Shown one piece after another: positions 58,324 through 64,000 of a stretch of 64,000 bases of DNA. Source of the DNA: Lytechinus pictus (Eukaryota). The translations under genes were made by a program, and so were the position numbers. The notes beneath the pieces are model-generated. The model worked only from the letters and a program-made list of their open reading frames with translations. It did not search any database and was not told the DNA's origin. How positions within the stretch are numbered: position 1 is the first letter of the stretch; each line of letters starts with the position of its first letter. The DNA lies in the NCBI RefSeq assembly GCF_037042905.1, contig NC_087245.1, positions 4,962,001-5,026,000 of the forward strand, given 5' to 3'.

Positions 58324-61300
58324 GGGGGGGGGGGGGGGTAAATCACTATATTAGGAGGATTTCAAAACAAAATAACACGGTTGGTAAAAAAAAATGTTTT
58401 GAAGAACATTGAAATTACAAATCAAATCAAATAATATCAATTTATTCAAATAAAATCCACAATTTAGGATTGTCATCAAATATTATAAATAATGAACGTG
58501 GCAAAACAGAGATATATATATATATAAACAAGTAAATATAAGCAATCGCCAAAATATGTGTCCATTCGAAAAGAAAATACATTATTAAACATTTTGCTAA
58601 ACTCTTACTGATTTCAAGATATTACAATTAAGTCATTACAACACGTCCATGGCGTCATCTATTAACACGAATGTATCGTAGTCCGTCATTATAATTACTC
58701 ATATTATTTAGTTACATAAATTTTACTTATATCGTAATCATTACTTTTATTTGCATGATGTTCAAGAAGTAACCTGATTAGCTCAGTTCTCTAAATGACG
58801 GCACTATTGTATAGGCCTATTATCATAATTTTTCTCGTTGCGGGTTAAGGATGGGCGCGAGTATTGATTTCTAGTTGTTTTTGACGCCCTTGTTCAGTCA
58901 TAAATTTACTATTGCTAATTCTTATCTATAAATTATTCCTAACTTATAGATTATCAATGTCTAGTTATAAATATTTCTCTATGTAGGGCCTACGTTTAAG
59001 GTCTTTATATACGTTCTCAGTTTACTACAATAATTCTCTTCCAGTATCTATCTTCCTGAAACTGTACCCACTGATTTAACTTGATGTCGTTTAGAAAATG
59101 TATTTAGGTTTTCCCAAATATGAGAATAACCTATATCTTTCATAAATAATTCTAGCTTTTGACAAAATCCGTTCTTTATTTTCATGTTTGATTGATAAAT
59201 GTTAATTAGTATGTTAGCCTTTGCATTTGTTACTTGACACTAAAATCCGATCATGTATTTTAAAGCTCGACATAGATAGTAATCAAGGTATATTTCACAT
59301 TGTTGGTAAATCTCGAAGGGGTAAAAAAGGGGTGACCCGACAATTGCTCCGCCGACATCTGCTCCGCCGACAATTGCTACGCAAAATAAGACAATTGCTC
59401 CGCCGACAATTGCTCCGGACAATTGCTCCGCCGACAGTTGCTCCGTCGACACTTGCTCCGGCGATATGTGCTCCATCGACACTTGCTCCGCCGATATTTG
59501 CTCCGCCGATATTTGCTCCGCCGACATGTGCTCCGCCGACATCTGCTCCGCCGAAAATTGCTCCGCCGACAATTGCTCCGCCGATAATTGCTCCGCCGAC
59601 ATCTGCTCCGATTATACGACAATTGCTCCGCGACAATTGCTCCGCCGAAATTTGCTCCGCTGAAAATTGCTCCGATTATACGACAATTGCTCCGCGACAA
59701 TTGCTCCGCCGATATTTGCTCCGCCGACATCTGCTCCAATTATACGACAATTTCATGAACATCTTATTTCTCCAAGTTGGTTAAATGATAAGAAATTCAT
59801 CCTGATACAAATTGTTTTGTCGTTGTTTTGTTCTTGTTATTCGTTAATGTTTTATTTATTTCATTCTCCCTCTATCATCACAGCTTTCTGCTTAAAAAAC
59901 AAAACAAATTGTTCTCCCTGCCGCTGCCACTTGACAAATTGTAACGGAGAAGGGGAATGACACACTCCCCATTGAAATTGTGAATCTGGATTTTTGTTCA
60001 TATATTATTATCATTGGTTTCACTCCGGTCTTGAGCGGGGAGAGAATTTTTTTTTTTTTTTTTTTTTGGGGGGGGGGGTGCTGGACACAATATCTCTTCT
60101 GCTTTCCAGCAACTTATACACCATACATTCGCGCGGGCTCTCTCTCTCTCTCTCTTTCTCGTTTTGTTCTTTCACTTTGTTTATTTTTTTTGGTGACCGC
60201 TTGATTTATTGTATATTTATCAGTATTATAATTATTAATATATTTATCAATAATTTTTATTTACGTCTTCGGCCATATCTACCCTTGCACTTTTTTTCCT
60301 TCAATTTGTTTCAAACGAAAGTATGATCATCACTGGCGTACAGATGGGGGAGGGGCGTGCTAGGGGTCACGGATAACCCCATTCTCCCTACCAATGAAAA
60401 AAAAAAAGAATAAAGGAAAGGAAAATAAATGTCATCCTTGTCTCGCCCCCTCCATTTTTTGTTGTTGGCTCATTACGCTACTGGTGAGTTACTATAAAAC
60501 TAGACTTCGGTTGTATTTTTGTTCTATTCTGTGCAATAGCGACAATATAAATATATTATAATAAATGAATATATGTATGTATCTCTCTCATTACGTCTAA
60601 ACAAATAATGTTATTTTTAAAAGACAATAATATATATACCAGCAATAATATAGTTACAAATTCATGAAACCCAATACGCATCTCACTGAATTTATAATGC
60701 GAGCACAAAGCACGAGCTGTTATTGACATGGAAAGGGGACATTTATACGCCTTTTTTTAATTGTAAACATGAAGCATATCTCGGGGGGGGGGGGATATCT
60801 CGTAAAAGAAATGAGAGCATGATGCGTTAATTGAATATTTTTGATATATTTACCAGAGTTACAATTCTATACATTTATTTTTCTTTGTGTTATTTCTTTC
60901 GACAAACTGTAATTGAAGTATTGAAGAGTATATAGGCTGTTATGCCTGCTGATCATGATAGAATGTGGATTATTTTGCTGATTCATTAGATCTTAACATG
61001 TGTTCTTTAAATTTGGTAATTTGGGTACATGTTAGAAACACAGGCATTGTGCATTCAGATGCACATTGTGGAAATGAGATGTATACTGTGTCCATAGTTG
61101 CGAGTGTGTGAAAATGAAGGTGTTTGCAGTCATTAAGGTGTAGTTTTGGTTGGAAAACGTTAATAAAACTGTCGAGAACGTACAGTCTTCATGATTTCAT
61201 TTATCTCATGTTCTGATCAGTAAATCAAATTAAAAAAATGATAATGACAAGAACTTGTTAAGTTTATCCTTCTATTTCAATCCCATGAATAAACAGAAAT

Positions 61301-61439
61301 CGCGATATTCAGAAATAATAAGTCATACACCTCCTTTTTTCCTCAAGCTCTCACTCACTCCCCTTCTTTCTCTCTCTCTCTCTCTTTCCCTCCATAACCC
61401 TTTCCACAATCATGTTTGTTTGATTTCCGCATAAGCAAA

Positions 61440-61543
61440 ACGACGACGACAATGATAATGATGGTGATGATGATGGTGATGATGATGAAGATGCTGATAA
61501 TGATGCTGATGATGATAATGGTGGTACAATGATAATGATAATA
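61440..61543 (+). repeat. (GAT)n-type microsatellite
   Basis: gatgatggtgatgat... run. Confidence 0.85.
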
Positions 61544-62626
61544 AGTACATGAACACACGTTTTCTTCTCATATAGTTCATTCTTGGAAAATACATAGGCG
61601 GCCATATACACATGAAGGTATATCATTTATAGAAGAAAATCTTGTTTGATTGATATTTTTTATTTTTTTAAACTACGTGTAAAATTATATCCCCCATCAA
61701 CAACAAATTGTTACTTACATTATAACATCATAATGAATATAATTCGACTATTGGCGGACCATATTTAGATTTAGATTAAGATTTATTCATTTTCCGTTCA
61801 CAAAGCACAACAAAATCAAAGTAACAATACATAGTCAAATTTAAAGTACAATATCAATCGGAATAATGCATAAGAATTAGAACGTATAAACAATGAGAAC
61901 TAATGCGAACTAAAGTAACCTTGACTAATAACTATATAAAACAGAACATATGGATTTTATTTTTGGATTATTTAAAAAAATTAATTATCCTTTTTCTATC
62001 AGTGAAGAAAACAATCATAATCAACATAAAACAAAAAAGCAACTCACTATTGTATACAGTATTATCATAATCTAAAAACCTACGGTGTGTATGACATGAT
62101 GTGGATGTGGAGACCAGACCGAGAGCACTGTGTGTACGAGAGGATATGGAAACCAGAGTGGAGGGGTGTGCCGAGAAGGTGACACGACATGTAGCCTTTC
62201 ACAAGTTGGTATTTTCTTGAATATTAATTTTTACTTACTGAATGTCTTGGTCATGTTTGTGTGGCACAAAATTTGCCGACAGTAAACATTTTGCGTGACT
62301 ACAGTACAGGGTTTTCGACAAAATAAGGTGGGGTATACCGTTGAATTTCACCTGGAGCAAATGTCTCCACTTCGGAGCATATTTCGCCAGTCTGAGCGAT
62401 TTTGACGCTAAGAATGGGGTATGTCTAATTTGTTTCTACTGTAATAACATGGAGCTATATGGTTATAATAATTACATGAAAACGCGTTTTTTTTTTTCAT
62501 TCTAATCGCCAGGCACGTAATAAAACTTACACAAATGCTCCCCCCACCATGAATAAGCATTAAGAATATCTATCCCTCCTTTGTGCTTACCCCTTTTTTT
62601 TCTATTTCTTTGTATATGCATGTATC

Positions 62627-62777
62627 AGGGGCCGCGGAGCCGGGGGGCTTTAGCCCCCCAATTTTCCAAAGCCGTGTACAAAAAACGTAAGAATGACCAT
62701 ATGATTGTGATTTTTAGCATGGACAGCCCCCCACTTTTGACTCAGCCCTCACTTTGAAAACCGTTCCGCGGCCCCTG
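62627..62777. mobile_element. Small MITE with CAGGGGC termini (hAT-like)
   Basis: caggggccgcgga ... tccgcggcccctg. Confidence 0.7.
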
Positions 62778-62830
62778 TGTATGACATGTAATATATCATG
62801 CAAGCATAGTTTAAGTTTACTTTGTAAATT

Positions 62831-62849
62831 CATGGAGCTATGCTCCATG
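62831..62849. mobile_element. P-superfamily-like excision footprint
   Basis: gtaaatt|CATGGAGCTATGCTCCATG|gtaaatt, perfect 7-bp TSD. Confidence 0.6.
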
Positions 62850-63573
62850 GTAAATTGACGCCTTCAGCCTGTGCTACAATTGTTATGCGTATGAAAGTAC
62901 GAATAAAAAAATAAATAAATAATTGTCGCATTATCAGAGCAATTTACGGCGGAGCAGATGTCGGCGGAGCAATTATCGGCGGAGCAATTGTCGTATAATC
63001 GGAGCAGATGTCGGCGGAGCAATTATCGGCGGAGCAATTGTCGGCGGAGCAATTTTCGGCGGAGCAGATGTCGGCGGAGCAAATATCGGCGGAGCAAATA
63101 TCGGCGGAGCAAGTGTCGACGGAGCACATATCGGCGGAGCAAGTGTCGACGGAGCAACTGTCGGCGGAGCAACTGTCCGGAGCAATTGTCGGCGGAGCAG
63201 TTGTCGTATTTTGCGTAGCAATTGTCGGCGGAGCAAATGTCGGCGGAGCAATTGTCATGGAACCAAAAAAGGGGGAAAAAAGAAGAAGAAAAAAAAAGAT
63301 TTTCTTCATTTTCACATTTTTTGATACACTTATGATGAGAACTCAACCCCATAAAAGTTCGCTTTGGAATGCCTGCCTTTTCTAGAAATTTCATGTTTAG
63401 TGTTGATTTTAGGGATTTATCGGGTACCCTATGTATACGGCTAATTTGATTGATGATAAATAGCTTACGGATAAAAAAAAATGTTTGTGATCTTACAATT
63501 CACAGGTTAGGTTCTAATCGTGTTAATGCATCTTAAAATAAAGAAAAAATTTGAATTTTCAAAGGAGAACACC

Positions 63574-63850
63574 CCAGATAGCAAAATATCTGGGACCCAT
63601 ATGGCCCATATGGAAACTATATGGGCTAGAAGTGGGTAGGTCCACATGGGGCCCAGATATATGGGGCCCACTTGGGGCCCATCTGGGTTATATCTGGGCC
63701 CATATGTACCAGATGAATATCATCTGGGCTGGAGATGAGCATTTCCAAGTGGGACCCAGACGGGCTAAAATATGTGGGACCCATCTGGGTTATATCTGGG
63801 ACCATATGTACCAGATAAGCCTTCTGGGACCCAGATGGGTCACATCTGAG
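63574..63850 (+). repeat. Second CCCAG-initiated element related to the 56109 satellite family
   Basis: cccagatagcaaaatatctgggacccatatgg, nearly identical to the start at 56109. Confidence 0.65.
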
Positions 63851-64000
63851 CTCAATATCACTGGATGATCGATCTGGACTGCACTCATGAATATTCATTA
63901 CAACAGTAAATGACCAAAATTTTAGCTAATACGGCTACAACAATTAATATGTTAATGTTTATGCAAGGATTCCACCATGAAAAGTTTCAGAAAAGTATGT

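Larger units (their letters stand above)
59331..63264. mobile_element. Foldback (TU-type) transposon with 15-bp modular inverted arms
   Basis: Left array (ttgctccgccgacaa)n at 59338-59752 and its inverted copy at 62922-63258 share the same order of variant units; GG...CC ends; 8-bp TSD aaaaaagg. Confidence 0.85.

Noticed and set aside
58420..59320. Degenerate LINE 3' fragment on the minus strand
   Set aside because: The tail-like microsatellite is suggestive, but I could not recover a convincing reverse transcriptase or zinc-knuckle motif.
59221..63394. Pentapeptide-repeat protein ORFs (SAEQL, APPTI, GGAIV)
   Set aside because: Open in several frames on both strands because the 15-bp unit lacks stops; these are foldback arms.

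Overview
AT-rich eukaryotic (animal) genomic DNA with spliceosomal introns. The repeat families (TU-type foldback element, tRNA-derived SINEs, GCTCGC-rich repeats, TTAA MITEs) point to an echinoderm, probably a sea urchin; this is an inference. The main finding lies at 5127-10635: two overlapping ORFs without obvious introns that probably represent one ~1,830-aa protein. Read in order, it has a USP-type cysteine protease, a Ser/Pro linker, two Bro-N-like repeats, a RAG1-core/Transib-like DDE transposase, an IQ motif, a BRCT domain, an AT-hook and an HMG-box. The transposase keeps its D-D-E triad but has lost the C2H2 zinc ligands. Unknown accessory ORFs flank it, and a candidate RSS-like CAC terminus sits at 12568. 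Two convergent spliced host genes follow: a short, membrane-anchored glucosidase II beta (PRKCSH)-like gene (+, 21456-28971) and a uronyl/heparan 2-O-sulfotransferase-like gene (-, 37814-52516). The rest is a dense set of non-autonomous mobile elements: Kolobok/piggyBac-type TTAA MITEs, a solo LTR, Helentron-like elements, a 3.9-kb foldback element, a 131-bp satellite, P-element-like excision footprints and a Penelope-type hammerhead remnant. All domain calls come from reading motifs by eye and need HMM or structure confirmation.
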